A stretch of 63,694 nt of DNA, filler included, from Collodictyon triciliatum (lineage: Eukaryota), in the NCBI GenBank assembly GCA_043381765.1. It is 10 parts of 10 records of this genome, joined end to end, with 100 filler letters (N's around TTAATTAATTAA, not from the genome) between each part and the next. Parts side by side here need not be neighbours in the genome. Positions count along the whole stretch, not along the records: positions 1 to 6,284 come from JBHJMP010004578.1; positions 6,385 to 12,668 come from JBHJMP010004579.1; 8 more parts are not named here. One strand, written 5' to 3'. Shown one piece after another: positions 1 through 12,768 of this stretch (within the stretch, counting starts at the first letter, position 1; every line of letters begins with the position of its first letter). Below the pieces are notes generated by a model. The model saw only the letters and a program-made list of their open reading frames with translations. It searched no databases and had not been told where the DNA came from. The translations under genes were made by a program, and so were the position numbers.

Positions 1-75
<75 letters not shown>

Positions 76-382
76 TTCTCTCCTTTTCGATTTATGCAAA
101 AAGATCTGTAAATGTATTTATTTTTTTGCAAAAAACAGGTTCTAAAAATCACACAAAAAAGAATAAAAGTAAATAAATGTGGTATACCTCCGTAATCTTC
201 CCTTCTTATTTATCTACTTTATCAAACAGTAGAGAAAACTTAATATGTTGGAGACCGTCATGCTAAATTGATGATATTCTCTAGCCCCTAGAAAAACTAG
301 CCAAACATACACAAAAACGATAAATATATATCCCATAAAAATATTCTAATACATGTCAAACCCATTACTCAGGGTCAGATAA

Positions 383-2102
383 ATGGATAGCAACCACGGA
401 CCACCTCCAAAGAAAAACCGAGTGGAAAGTACTTCAGCCAGTTCGGAATCCAGTGTTAATCCGGTTGTCAAGTCTAACGACAGCCATGTCTTGAACCGTC
501 TTATTTCAGTAAGAAAAGACATCGAAACGCGGTTGGACGTGGTAAATACGTGTTATTTAACCTTAGTATACTTCCAAAAAAATGCACCGTGTCGAACATG
601 TATAACATATTTCTTGTCTGTTAAACAATGTGAAAGTTAGATGTCTAGTTTGCGTATGTGGTCAGCACTTTTCGTTTATATTTTGTTTATTGATACTTCT
701 TGAAAAATTAGATAAAGGGAAAGAAGAAAGAGTTGGACCATACTATCGGAAATACTTTCATGAAAATATTACGTCATTTTGAACTAGCTGAGGAAAGTGA
801 TGTCAAGAAGGTAATTATATTACCGAAGTAATTTAGCTGTAACCAACTCATGACAAAAAAAAAAAAAAAAAAAGAACACTGGCAAAAGCAATGTGTTGGT
901 GACAAGCATATCCTCATGCACCATCATGCGACCATATCTGAGCCTAGCACTAACGAAAAGGTACTGCGCCATAGGTCAAGACAATATCGTTGAAGGTGGC
1001 CAAACTATGTTGTGTGCAAACGTTGCGACACCAAACAGCACTCTATTGGTTGAATTCTGTTCTTGGCTTTCCAAACACTCTGCACCAAAAGTTTTTAAAA
1101 CTTGCTACCCTTCATAATATGAAATATGCCTCCGAAGTTGTAATGGAATCGAATGCTGGTGTATACTTTCCAGTTACAAAACCTAGAAGTATTCACATGT
1201 GTCCTCCACTTGAAATTCTCGTCAGCAATCCAAAGACCTTCTACTCGGACATATACCTTGGGCCCTGGTTGATTCCAAACATTCCCAAGAGCCCAGAGAA
1301 AGTAATGGAACTGAAGCAAAGTAGAGATGGAAGAAACATATTCAGCCGACCCCTTGGTTTGGCTGTGCACCCATTGACAGAAGACATATATGTAGTGAAT
1401 ACAACTACAAGCCAAATAGCCATTCTTGACAAAACTCTTACCTTCAATTCATACTTTGGTAGGAAAGGAACAGAGGTAGGCAGTTTTTATTATCCGTCCG
1501 ATATTCAATTTACTTGCCAGGGAGAGATGGTGATATCTGATTGGGGCAATAATCGACTGCAAATATTCGACCGTGATATGAATTTGCGGCTTGTCATCGG
1601 TGGAAGGAGAGAGGGCGGAGCCCCGGTGCTTCGGGCTCCATCTTGCATAGCAATTGGACCGTCACGGGATATATTTGTCTCGGAGCCGGACGAAAAACGG
1701 ATTCAGCGATTTTGTTTGGACACCGGCAACATGATTAATGTCATTGGAGAACCTGGCTCTGAGGCACCGATAGAGATTGCGAGTGGGGTGTGTATCTCTG
1801 AGGCTGGCGAGCTTCTTGCGATGGGGAAAACGAAAAATATTGTTCGTGTGTACGATGTTACCACCGGAAGGCATCTGCGAGATATGGTGATTCATCCAAC
1901 AGAAAATGATAACAGCATCACCAGAGGGCCAAATGGGGGGTTCGTTGTGTGCGACCCAATAGGAAACCAGGCCCGGATTTATTCACAGAACGCCGAGCTT
2001 GTGTGCACAATCCAAGAGAATGGAGTATTTGCTTGTGCTGTGAACGAGGAAGGAACAATCTATATGTCCAGCTATCGCGGGTTCGTCTCCGCCTATCAGT
2101 AG
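383..2102 (+). CDS. NHL-repeat beta-propeller protein (TRIM-NHL-like C-terminus, no RING/B-box seen); exons ~383-541, 712-810, 975-2102
   Basis: NHL motifs FSRPLGLAVHP, FYYPSDIQFTCQGEMVISDWGNNRLQIFD and PSCIAIGPSRDIFVSE. GT-AG introns (branch-like CACTAAC near 948) join the exons in frame. Confidence 0.85.
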
Positions 2103-2805
2103 GTACACTCTGCTAGCAAATAAACACCACGAAGCAAAAACATTTTCATCTGGAAAACAATAGCAAAAAGAAATGAATAGGGGGTGCGGGGGTTTGAGAG
2201 AAAAATAAGTAAGGATTGATTCTTGTGCAAAAAAAGGGTATTTATATACATATTGTAAATTGGATATTTATACTATGGGTTCAAATGTCAATTTGGGTGA
2301 CGCAATCCCGCCTCCACAAGCTCAAGCATACCACCACATTTTCCCGAAGGCATCATTTCCCAGACAGCTCCATCCATGTGCTTTTTCTTTGCCGTTCCTT
2401 TCCTTACCTGATTCTTTTTCTTTTATAATTTCCTATTTTCTTTTTCATTTTTATTTTTATTTTTCATTTTTCATTTTTCATTTTTCATTTTTCATTTTTC
2501 ATTTTTCATTTATCTTTTTCTTTTTCTTTTTCTTTTTCTTTTTTAGTGGTTATGTATTTCTTTTATCTTTTTCTTTTATCTTTTTCTTTTATCTTTTTCT
2601 TTTATCTTTTTCTTTTATCTTTTTCTTTTATCTTTTTCTTTTATCCTTTTCTTTTATCTTTTTCTTTTTCTTTTATCTTTTTCTTTTTCTTTTTCTTTTT
2701 CTTTTTCTTTTCTTTTTTAAGTAGTTATGTTTGTGAGTTGAAGCGCCTTGGGAAATCGGTCTCGAGAGACCAGTTTTGACAAACAGTGATCGATTTTCTG
2801 CAGGA

Positions 2806-4857
2806 ATGTTTGTGCGCATTTTTATTTCGGCACTGTTTCTGTGCTCGGTCGCCTCCGCCTTGCAGGACGGGTTTGTGCAGGTTCGTTGCAGACTTCAGTA
2901 ATCTGTCCAGTTCTGCTCCACTTTTCCTTTATTTTTCTTTCACTCCTCAAGTTCATACTTTTAAAGTGTTTGATCGGTGTTATCACCAGTTCTTTTTTTG
3001 TTTCTCGCTCCATTTTATTACACCTCTTATTTTGCTATTTCTTTTTCATTTGTCGACGGCCATGACGTGATAAGCCTTCCTTCTCTACTTCAATTCATAT
3101 CCACTGATGTTTATAAAGGATGTTTGGCTCGCTGTGAAAGGACTGCCAGAGCCAGTTGTACACGAGTTGATTCCTGTGGTCGATGTGCGCGACACCTACA
3201 AGGGAACTACGTTGATGGTTGTGAATGAAGGTTCTGTCTGGCCTTAGTCATGTTCTTTCTTATTCTGATTTTGTTCGCAAGGCACTCGCATATTTCTTTT
3301 TTTCGTTGACACACAAATATACACATTAAAAGAGATAAATATTCTTCTAATAGCTGAGTTTGCAAAGATTTCTGCCTTCGTCAACGAGTTTGAACTCATT
3401 GGAGTATATGACAAGTCGAGCCCTCTGTTCATTGTCGACATACCAAAAGGCTTACAAGATGCCACTGCTGTTTTTGATAAGGCTGCTATGCATGTATGAC
3501 TGCGTGTCTTAATTATGAAATGACTAATGGCCATTTGATAAATCTAAACATTTACAGCCTCGTTCTTCTCTAAATTTATACATGTAATACAGGCATCTGC
3601 AAAGCTTCTCATGGCGAACTCTGAAATCGTGGTTGTTCAATTCGCAACCTATGCCGATGCTTATACAGTTTAGTAGTAAATAATTATGATAATACTTACA
3701 AAAATCATAATTATCAAAAATTTCCAAATCAAATAAATATCATGAAATAAATTTTTATTTTTGAACTAAATTTACAGCATTTACAAAGTCAAAAAAATAA
3801 AGGAAAAAGCAAGAATAGGAATTTGTAGATATAATAATATTCACCCAAACTTGTGCAGTTCGAAGATGTTCTTCCGTTCTCAGCCGAACTCATTCCAGTT
3901 GCCCGAGAAAGGATTTCTCTCCCAGCTTCACTTGACGATAGCCCGCTCTCTGCTATTTTTAACACATCAGTGAAATCGGTTGGTTAGAATGCAAAATTTA
4001 GTTTCATTAACGAACAATACTACCGCTTTTTTCTTTTCTTTTCTTTTATTTCATTTTCATTTTCATTTTCATTTTCATTTTCATTTTCCTTTATTTGTGT
4101 AATTTGTTTCGCCTAATCGCATGGAAAATAGGAGGCTATCCAAAAGCTGGTGAACTCCATCAAGACTGAAAATCTCTATAATGTTTTGAATCAACTATCC
4201 AACAACTTCTACACTCGTAACACATTTTCTACGGGAGCCGTTGATGCCCAAGATTGGATTGCAAGAATGTATGTTACCACAAATAATTTTTCCTCTTGTG
4301 TGTTGAGTAGCTGCTTCGGTCTAAAATAATACTCAAGTTCTATTACGATATCTGCATTTTTTTCTAACCCAGTGGAGCAACCCAGCTGTTTTCATTATAA
4401 AAATTTTGAATGAAATTTGTCGGCAGAGTCTAAAATAAAACAAAAAATCATTGAACAGTTATGCATCACTTGGATATTCTGTCAGCATTTTCCCTCATAC
4501 AACCGGAGCTTCTGCCAACATCATCGCGGAACTTCGTGGAGCTGTGGAGCCTGATAAATACGTTATCATCGGAGCACACTACGATTGCAGGTTTAAATGA
4601 CTGTTATGAATCACAAATGATAGAAAATATCAACTCTGTGAATATATTCTTGTTCCAGCTGCTGCTTGTAAGATAATTCCTGCCATCTTTTGTCGCTTTT
4701 TTTAAGAACATTTTGCACGGTTTTTTTTTTGCGCATATTATTTTCTCTTTGGTAGAATGAGCAATGCATACGATAACTCGTCGCGTGCCCCTGGTGCTGA
4801 TGATGATGGAAGTGGTACCACGACTGTTCTTGAAATCGCCCGTGCTTTGGTGGACAG
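2806..4857 (+). CDS. Secreted M28-family zinc aminopeptidase, multi-exon, 5' half only
   Basis: Signal peptide MFVRIFISALFLCSVASA; exons encode NIIAELRGAVEPDKYVIIGAHYD and RAPGADDDGSGTTTVLEIARAL, the M28 metal-ligand motifs. The downstream EE motif is not seen before the microsatellite/gap. Confidence 0.85.
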
Positions 4858-4930
4858 GTTGATATTTGGGCAAACGTCAATGATTTAATTCTTTGTATAT
4901 TAGTATTATTAGTATTATTAGTATTATTAG

Positions 4931-4962
<32 letters not shown>

Positions 4963-5250
4963 GTATTATTATTAGTATTATTATTATTAGTATTATTANN
5001 NNNNNNNNNNNNNNNNNNNNNNNTAGTATTAGTATTAGTATTAGTATTAGTATTAGTATTAGTATTAGTATTAGTATTAGTATTAGTATTAGTATTGTTA
5101 CTCTTGTAATAACTCCAACAAATCTTTTCGACTATGGGTTATAGCAAACTAGAAAATACGAATTGAATAATTAAATCTACAAGAAAGAATAATCAGAATA
5201 TTCCAAAACATAGATCATCAACTGCACTAATTCACTACTTTTGCATAAAA

Positions 5251-6223
5251 ATGAATGGATTTCGTCTGCTGCGTGTCTTGTGCAAGCGAAGGTATGAGTC
5301 TGTATCGATACATGCCGCTCACATACAAATTACCCGTCTCCACAATAGCAGGTTCCATCCTTTTCTCATGGCTCTGATTGACTGCTTTCTCTTGTCATAT
5401 ACTTCAATAAATGAACGTAGTGACCTTTTCCATTCTTTGTGATATTGAATAGATGGCCAATTCATTAAATTCTTCAGCGCCAAGATTCAGGTCTCAGATT
5501 TCCATCATGCTTTCCAACTTTCAAGCCGTCACAGAAAAGGATGAAAAGCTAAGGTTACAACTTTTGCCACTCCCCATCCTAAAAGAAAAGACCCATTCAA
5601 TTCATTCTTAATTGATTTTTTTCGACCTTATTCATGTCCCTCATAGCTTTCTCGCTGCTATACACAGCATCTCGCGCCTTCTAAGGCTGACATCAAACGA
5701 AAGCACACCAGTAGACATTCTCGAGTGGCTTCTGAATCGCTGGGCGAAGTCGGATACCCTCCAAGCTGTTACGGTCAAAAACCTGTTCGGTAGTCGAGAT
5801 TGGTGGGCAGCGCAGTCTGCTCAGAACTACAAGGCAATCCTGACCTTCTTGCTGAAGCGAATATCTGCTGCAGAGGCCAAACAGCAACTCCCGGAAGTCT
5901 GGCGTCTTCTTCAGCTATTCGGAATGCCTCATGTGGTGCCGATTGTCCTTCGCTCGCCCCAGTTTGTCCGGTCTCTCTGGGACGCCGTCCTGACTCTCCA
6001 TGACTCCAGCCGGGACTGCCACTTCACCGCGAAAGAGGCTCGATGCCTGCTGGCAACATACTTGTCCACCCCTGCGTGCAGATTGACTCCGGCCCAGACC
6101 CAGGAACTGCCTGCATGGCCAGACATCATGAGCCACCCGCCATCCGCACCAGACAGTCTCTGGCCACGCATCATGGACTTTGCGTTTGGCAACTTCCAGG
6201 CGCGTCTTCCCCTCGCTGCGTAG
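5251..6223 (+). CDS. 3' part of an unknown gene (last exon ~5649-6223)
   Basis: ~190 open codons after an acceptor-like CTCATAG, GC-richer than the flanks; no family recognised. Confidence 0.4.
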
Positions 6224-6384
6224 GGTTGGTTTGGGGAAGGAGAATCCATCAATCCTGCCTGCCCTCCCCTCCCCCCCCCCCCCCNNNNNNNNNNNNNNNN
6301 NNNNNNNNNNNNNNNNNNNNNNNNNNNNTTAATTAATTAANNNNNNNNNNNNNNNNNNNNNNNNNNNNNNNNNNNNNNNNNNNN

Positions 6385-7016
6385 CTCTAATGCTTTATAT
6401 CACCAATAGGTAGCTACGGATAGGCACACGCGCGGCAAAAGCTGGCAAAGTCTCCCAACAAGGCACATTTTGCAGCAACGGTGATGAATCCATTGAGCAC
6501 ACATTTGTGCAATGTCCCTTCGCTCAAAACCAGCACGAAATAGCCGGTGAGATTCTTCGACTGATACTCAAGACAGCTGCGGCTGTTGGCCCAATCCAGG
6601 CGATATTTTTGCCTCTGCAACAGCTGCGTCCAGATGCAAAAACATTCTGGGCAGTGATGTGAGGCCATTTGCTACGGACTATTTGGATATCACGCATATA
6701 CCCATGCAAATCAAAACTCAACAACCAGCCACACATTCCTGATAATAGGCTGGATGACATCATACAAATGTCTTTCCTCAATAGCTTTCTTCGCCACCTG
6801 CACGTTCTCTACTACTCAGAACATGTGAGAAGAGACATGTGGATAGAAGCTGAGAAGGATATTAAACCTCGCCTTGTATCTCTCATGCAAGCACAAGACC
6901 CAGGCTACAGGCCAAACCGCAGGATGCAATTCCTGAGCACCGACTACTTCTCCGCCACCCGGCCACCAAGTATTGTCCATGCGCAACAAGGGCAGGTTCT
7001 ACGAATCAACACATGA
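6385..7016 (+). mobile_element. 3' end of L1/Tx1-like LINE ORF2 (zf-RVT region), degenerate
   Basis: Frame reads FCSNGDESIEHTFVQCPFAQ...FWAVM*GHLLRTIWISR, the typical zf-RVT 'E(S/T)xxHLFxxC' and 'W.IW..R' motifs, with one in-frame TGA. Confidence 0.75.
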
Positions 7017-7779
7017 ATGAGACAACTAAATAACACACGATTGATATATTACATGTAGTAAATGAGCCCTTAAGAGGAACTAGAAATTTTCCACATATGA
7101 AGCGAAACTGACACGAGGGTATTGTCTCCTTGATTTGTTTACTAGTAAGCTACATATTAGCTATATATCTATATTCCTTTTAATTTTCTAATACAAAAGC
7201 TTAAAGGAATACTTGCACTGGTTAATTACCTTAAACAATATATATTCCACATTTAAGACTTTTCCTGGTGAGCAAATATGTGGCCACGCTATGTTCGCTA
7301 AGACCCGCTATGGCCAACGCGGTGCTTGGCATGTCCTGCGCGTTTTCAGTTTGCCGCGTGAGATTTGAGCACCTCCATCTTAAGCTATTCGGTGAGATGC
7401 TTGTCTATCCTAATGTGGAAAAATGGCATGTATCGTTATGGGCGCACGCACGCAGAATTGCAGCGCGTCTGCAGAAGGTCGAAGATATAAGCAAAGCAGG
7501 ACACGGACAAGATAGAAGAGGAAAACTAACTTACTGGCTATGTACACACTTTTCCAAATTTTCTGATGTTTCTCTTCTCATTTTCCTTCAACTAATTCTT
7601 TTTTTCGCCGCATAAAATTGTGTCTTAAGCTGCAGTCTCCGCACCGCAAGGTTTATGCTTTCGTGGGCAAGATAAAATGATAATTTTTTTCCCCCTATCT
7701 TAGGCACTTACATCGCATAAATATACTTTTTTTTTCATGTCCATAAAGTATCGGCAATGCCATGGGCTGATTGATGTTC

Positions 7780-7839
7780 ATACTCTCATCGTACCTACTT
7801 TAAATCGAATAAATGGGAAAAAAATACTCTCATCGCACC
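7780..7839 (+). mobile_element. Family B micro-insertion (TACTTTAAATCGAATAAATGGG-An) with 16-bp TSD
   Basis: ATACTCTCATCG(T/C)ACC at 7780-7795 and 7824-7839. Confidence 0.7.
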
Positions 7840-8685
7840 AAATGATTTAGAGATAAAACCATCCTGCTTCTCAGCCACACATGACCATGAGATTCCTTTC
7901 CTTTTGAGATATTTTGCAATCGGATGTGCATTCTAATGGGGCCAGAGCTTTGGTGAATCAATAAGCTCTCAGAAAAAAAAACTTTGCGTACGGTTCTTCT
8001 ACAACTGCATCTTTAGTGTTTTGGGTCGTATGAAAAATAGGGGATATAACTGCTCGAGAAGAGCAGTTATTTGCATATCACAGCCATCCGAGACATCAGA
8101 TGTAGACAAGTCTCAGCATGGAGTCACCATTCGCAGCCGGCTAGGCGCAATACAGTCAAAGACATTATTGGAAAGATACCATAGCATCACCCCGCGTTGC
8201 CGCGTCCAACCAGGCAACCACTCGCGCCCTATGTCTTTATACACCGGAATTTTGCCGCGTCATCCTTATAATTTCCAGATCAACCACGCGGCAGAAACCG
8301 AATATTAAAGACTCGCAACAAAGCAGCCGCGGCATAATGTGTAACGTAGAGTCCAATCACGCGATGGCCTTCCTCAACATACAATCATAGCAAGCGACAG
8401 GCTGAGGTAAAAGAAGCAGAGGAAAAAAAAGGAACAAAGAAGCGGAGCGCAGTGGTGATGCGACAACCAATATGAGAGGCTACCTTGTTTGAACCAAACA
8501 CTTGAGACCCGCCAATTGGCCTAATATTACCCCCCCCCCAGCACTATTCCCCTCCTTCAAACTTGTGTTGATCCCAATGTCCAGTATTCCCATTCAGCCA
8601 AAGTCAAACACAGTGCCATATCCTCCTTTGTCTTGGTCTTGACTTCTCCATGTTTTCCTCCCTTCGTGTATAGGACTTCCCAAGG

Positions 8686-10911
8686 ATGATGAAAGTAACC
8701 GATATTCCTTTGCGCGACTTCCCGGCAAGCGCAACTTCACACGCGTCCTCTTTCCTTTACCATTACAAGTGGTCTCCTGAAGCCCAGCAGGACTGTGACC
8801 AGTTCGGCCGGCCTTTTCAACCTCCGACCCGTACTGAGCGCCACATGAATGACGACATTCCCGACTTCCTGGAGATTCGCGATCTGCACAAAGGCCAACC
8901 AGCCGACCAATCAAGTGGTGACAAGACTGCCCCTGGTAAAGGGAAGAGCAAGAGCAAGGACAAGAGCGAAAAATCGGCCAGGAAGAGTGAGGTCCAAGAA
9001 GAAGAGGAGGAGGACAAGCCGTTGTGGAATATGCTCGTGGATGCTATCATGAGCGAAAAGATCTCCCTCACGGTGTTCTTGATTACTTTGATTCTTCTCT
9101 TGCTTCTCCGCTACCAAACGTCTTGGAAGGAACTCAGCAACGATGCCTGGTATACCATATGGACTCTCTACATTGCCATCGTTATTCTGGTTCGAGGAAT
9201 CACCGACCCTGATATCGCCCTCTTTGGCTGCAGCACCTTGTTGCTGTATCGCGAAATCATTACTCCAGCTCAATCATTCAAAGGCCTGGGAAACGACTCC
9301 GTCTTGACCATCGCACTCATGTTGACAGTGGCTGCTGGTATTGAGGAATCTGGAGCCATCGAGTTTATCTCAAAGTTTTGTCTTGGCCGCCCGTGGACAG
9401 TGCGTTCATCACAGCTGCGCCTCATGTTTATGAATGTGAGCCTTTCTGCCTGGACAAACAACATTCCTTTGGTTGCTGTCTTCATCCCGGTGGTCGAGGG
9501 TTGGTGTCAGCGCTACAATCTCCCTCCATCAAAGTTCATGATTCCTCTCAGCTTTGCCACCATCTTGGGAGGTCTGATCACAATCATTGGCACTTCCACT
9601 AATTTGGTCGTGAAAGCCCTTGCCTCGGTCCAGTATCCCGACATGAAGCTAGGATTCTTTGAAATCGGCGCTGTCGGTGCTCCGATGGCAGTTGCTGGAA
9701 TCATTTATCTTGCCCTGGTGTCTCCATATCTTCTCCCTGACCGCAAAGGAATCCGTGCGACCATGAACGAAGACAGTCGCAGATATACCCTTCGTGTCAT
9801 TGTCCGTACTGGAAGTGATATGATCGGTCATTCGGTGGAAAGAAATAATCTTCGCCATTTGCCCGCCCTGTTCCTTGTCGACATCGAGCGCAAGACTGGT
9901 GAGGTCATCTCTGCCCCTTCAGGCGATGTCATCATCGAGGCTGGGGACAAGCTCTGCTTCACTGGAGCTGTCGAGGGTGCCCGCTACTTGTGGAAGAGTA
10001 CTGACTTCGTCCCGTCTTTTGAAGGTTCCATCGGTATTGATGGGCACCGAATCCTCGTCGAAGCTGTGGTGAATGTTCGTTCTCCTTTGATTGGAAAGAC
10101 TGTACGAACTTCACGCTTCCGCACAGAGTTTGGAGCAGCCATTTTGTCTGTTCATCGTGGGGGAGAGCGCATGGAAGGGAAGATTGGCGACATTGTTCTC
10201 AGAGCCGGAGATACGCTTCTGGTTGAGGCACCACCAAATTTTGTGTCTGAGCACAAACACAACCCAGTCTTTGCTCTTGTCGCAGGTGTTGCTGGAGGTT
10301 CTGCGACCGCTGGTGCTCGCTGGAAAATGTATGTTGCTCCTCTACTAATGTTGACACTAGTTATTTTGAATGCACAAACAGGCATCGAGATTGAACTTTC
10401 GAATACGGCTCTTGGTTGTGTATTTGCTTACTTTGCTCTGGGTATCTTCGGAACCGTGGAAGCAAAGAACAGAGTCCCTGCTTGCACCCTCTTGACTATT
10501 GCTGGTGGTGATGGGATTGCTACCGCCCTGACTATCACTGGAGTTGCAGACAAGCTAGCTGGGAATCTTGTCTCTGGATTCGACGGGCTCGGTCCGATAG
10601 GCGGCATGTATGGTGTGTACCTTGGCACTGTTATTCTCACGGCACTGTTGTCCAACGGTGCATCTGCTACTCTGATGTTTCCTATCGCCGTGAAAACAGC
10701 GATTCTTACAGGAATCAATCCAAAGGCATACGTCTACACCATCGCTCTCGCTGCATCTGCCGACTTCTCCACGCCGATTGGATATCAAACAAACTTGATG
10801 GTTTCGGGACCTGGAGGATACAAGTTCTTTGATTACCCGAAGATTGGTCTCCCGCTGCAAATACTTTGCTGCCTGATTTCTGTTCCCCTCGCTCATAGAA
10901 TATTTGGATAA
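8686..10911 (+). CDS. SLC13/SLT-type (CitMHS-like) anion transporter with TrkA-C (RCK_C) domains, probable Na+/sulfate cotransporter; intronless, 741 aa
   Basis: Motifs LSAWTNNIPLVAVFIP, PSKFMIPLSFATILGGLITIIGTSTNLVV, TrkA-C segment SPLIGKTVRTSRFRTEFGAAILSVHRGGE and AASADFSTPIGYQTNLMVSGPGGYKFFDY. Confidence 0.92.
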   Translation: MMKVTDIPLRDFPASATSHASSFLYHYKWSPEAQQDCDQFGRPFQPPTRTERHMNDDIPDFLEIRDLHKGQPADQSSGDKTAPGKGKSKSKDKSEKSARKSEVQEEEEEDKPLWNMLVDAIMSEKISLTVFLITLILLLLLRYQTSWKELSNDAWYTIWTLYIAIVILVRGITDPDIALFGCSTLLLYREIITPAQSFKGLGNDSVLTIALMLTVAAGIEESGAIEFISKFCLGRPWTVRSSQLRLMFMNVSLSAWTNNIPLVAVFIPVVEGWCQRYNLPPSKFMIPLSFATILGGLITIIGTSTNLVVKALASVQYPDMKLGFFEIGAVGAPMAVAGIIYLALVSPYLLPDRKGIRATMNEDSRRYTLRVIVRTGSDMIGHSVERNNLRHLPALFLVDIERKTGEVISAPSGDVIIEAGDKLCFTGAVEGARYLWKSTDFVPSFEGSIGIDGHRILVEAVVNVRSPLIGKTVRTSRFRTEFGAAILSVHRGGERMEGKIGDIVLRAGDTLLVEAPPNFVSEHKHNPVFALVAGVAGGSATAGARWKMYVAPLLMLTLVILNAQTGIEIELSNTALGCVFAYFALGIFGTVEAKNRVPACTLLTIAGGDGIATALTITGVADKLAGNLVSGFDGLGPIGGMYGVYLGTVILTALLSNGASATLMFPIAVKTAILTGINPKAYVYTIALAASADFSTPIGYQTNLMVSGPGGYKFFDYPKIGLPLQILCCLISVPLAHRIFG

Positions 10912-11639
10912 ACAGAAGACTCTATAGACTGACAGGAAACCTCCTCGGTTGCCTATAAACTTCTGGACTGGTAAGGTCTAAGCCAAAACCTCTCAGCTTT
11001 TTTTGTTCTCTTACTATCTGAGAGTCCAACCCATATCCCTTTCAATCGTTTATTTTCCTGGCCAAATAACCTCGAGCAAACACACACTTGGTGATATCGT
11101 TGCATGCCTTCGTCGATACTCATTGACATGGTTGCTCTATTTTCACTTCTTTTTTTTTTTTCCACTTTTTTTCCACACTCCTCCCCCTTCTCCTCTCCTC
11201 TCTGCATGGCCGTGGTAAAAAGCGAATAAATAAAATTTCAATAAAAAAATATGCTTGCAAAGAAAAAAAGAAAAACCGAGGGGCTTCTCGTATTCACCAA
11301 TAAATTCGATGCCGTTGGAAAACCCGGCGTGTTGCGTGTGCTCACTAAAACTTCACTGAGTCAACAGATATCATAGCCCACGACATCTACCACGACAGAG
11401 ACGTATTGGCAGGCCACTTCGTGACTGTTCGATGTTAATAAAATTTAATACATATTATTAAGCAAAAGTATCACTGTTGATGTGAAATCGGTAGCCGATG
11501 TGGTACCCAACCAATCGACCTTGAGGCAGTAAATCGGTATTTACCATTCTCGTAAGTGGTGTGGGTTGGTGAGCTGATACTTTTTTTTCTTTTTCTTCTT
11601 CCCATCCCAATCACCAACTCATCCTAACTTCTTTCCTCA

Positions 11640-12207
11640 CACGCATGAGCTTCTGGTATGGCAGTGGTTGCAAGGGCGGCCAAATAAATAGTGTTCATCT
11701 ATATCAGTCGCACACGTCAAACATCCGGCTGACCGCGTTTTTCTTCTTGTATGGCGCGCTGAAGACCGCGGCTTGCATTCAGATATTGTGCAAAAGAAGC
11801 ACCATATTGAAGCAGCAAAGATGGAAATATCCAAAGAATATGACAGAGCTATTGCCGCGTAGATAATCACCTTGGGAATAGGGAGACACGACAACATCCA
11901 TGTGCGATGGATACAATTTGCCGCGTCAGACAAAAAAATTTCCTTGGGATTTATAATCAGCCCATCCTTGTATCTGGTACAATCCCACAGGGCTGATGTG
12001 GCGTTGTCAGCGTCACACGTGGGTCCAAACAACATTCTGGCCGGGATATCCACAATATTGTCGTGAAAACCTCGTGCGGGCGTGAAGAAACCATCGCGTC
12101 CTCTGGGAGGCTGGCAGCGTTGAGCTGGATGGGTGCTGGTCAGTGACCACGACCACGACTACGACTACGACTACGGCTACGAGCAAGCCAAAACATACTA
12201 TATTCAT
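11640..12207 (-). pseudogene. Possible decayed secreted protein with NHL-like segment
   Basis: A signal-peptide-like start (MNIVCFGLLVAVVV) and a segment DADNATSAL...GLIINPKEIFLSDAAN lie in different frames; the resemblance is weak. Confidence 0.2.
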
Positions 12208-12418
12208 GAAAACTCATCTGCCTCCCAACACCTTTTCATCCTCCCTGGAATGTTGACTTTTTCTTCTCGTGTGCTCTGACCTCCTTCCCACAACAAGTGC
12301 TTTTAATATCCTCCTTCTCCTTGATTGGCAAACAAGGTATATTCAAGGGGAATGATTTGGCCCAGAGATTTGCTGATACAATCACCCTTGTAGACTTATC
12401 TGGATATCATGTATATAG

Positions 12419-12668
12419 ATGGCTCAACATTTGAAACTTGAGACTGAGACTCCTATGCAGACTCTCACCTTGGGGCCGACCTCCCACATATCCTCATTCT
12501 TCTATCCATATGGCTGGTCATCCGACAGTAAAGAGGATTGTGACCAGTTCGTCCGGCCTTTTCAAGCCCCAACCCGTGCCGAGCGTCACTTGAACGATGA
12601 TGTCCCTGATTTTCTTCAGATTCAAGACCCCCACAAGAAACATGGACCGCATAGCCACCACTTCAACC
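12419..12668 (+). CDS. 5' start of a tandem paralog of the SLT-type transporter (cut by scaffold end)
   Basis: TSHISSFFYPYGWSSDSKEDCDQFVRPFQAPTRAERHLNDDVPDFLQIQDPHK aligns without gaps to TSHASSFLYHYKWSPEAQQDCDQFGRPFQPPTRTERHMNDDIPDFLEIRDLHK of the 8686 gene. Confidence 0.8.
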
Positions 12669-12768
12669 NNNNNNNNNNNNNNNNNNNNNNNNNNNNNNNN
12701 NNNNNNNNNNNNTTAATTAATTAANNNNNNNNNNNNNNNNNNNNNNNNNNNNNNNNNNNNNNNNNNNN

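Noticed and set aside
2260-2779. Phe/Ile/Lys-rich ORFs here and at 22110-22509, 31636-31875, 33551-33850 and 44292-44633
   Set aside because: They are translations of microsatellites or N runs.
6655-6665. In-frame TGA as selenocysteine or TGA=Trp recoding
   Set aside because: It lies in a decayed LINE, and host genes here end in TAA, TAG and TGA, consistent with the standard code.
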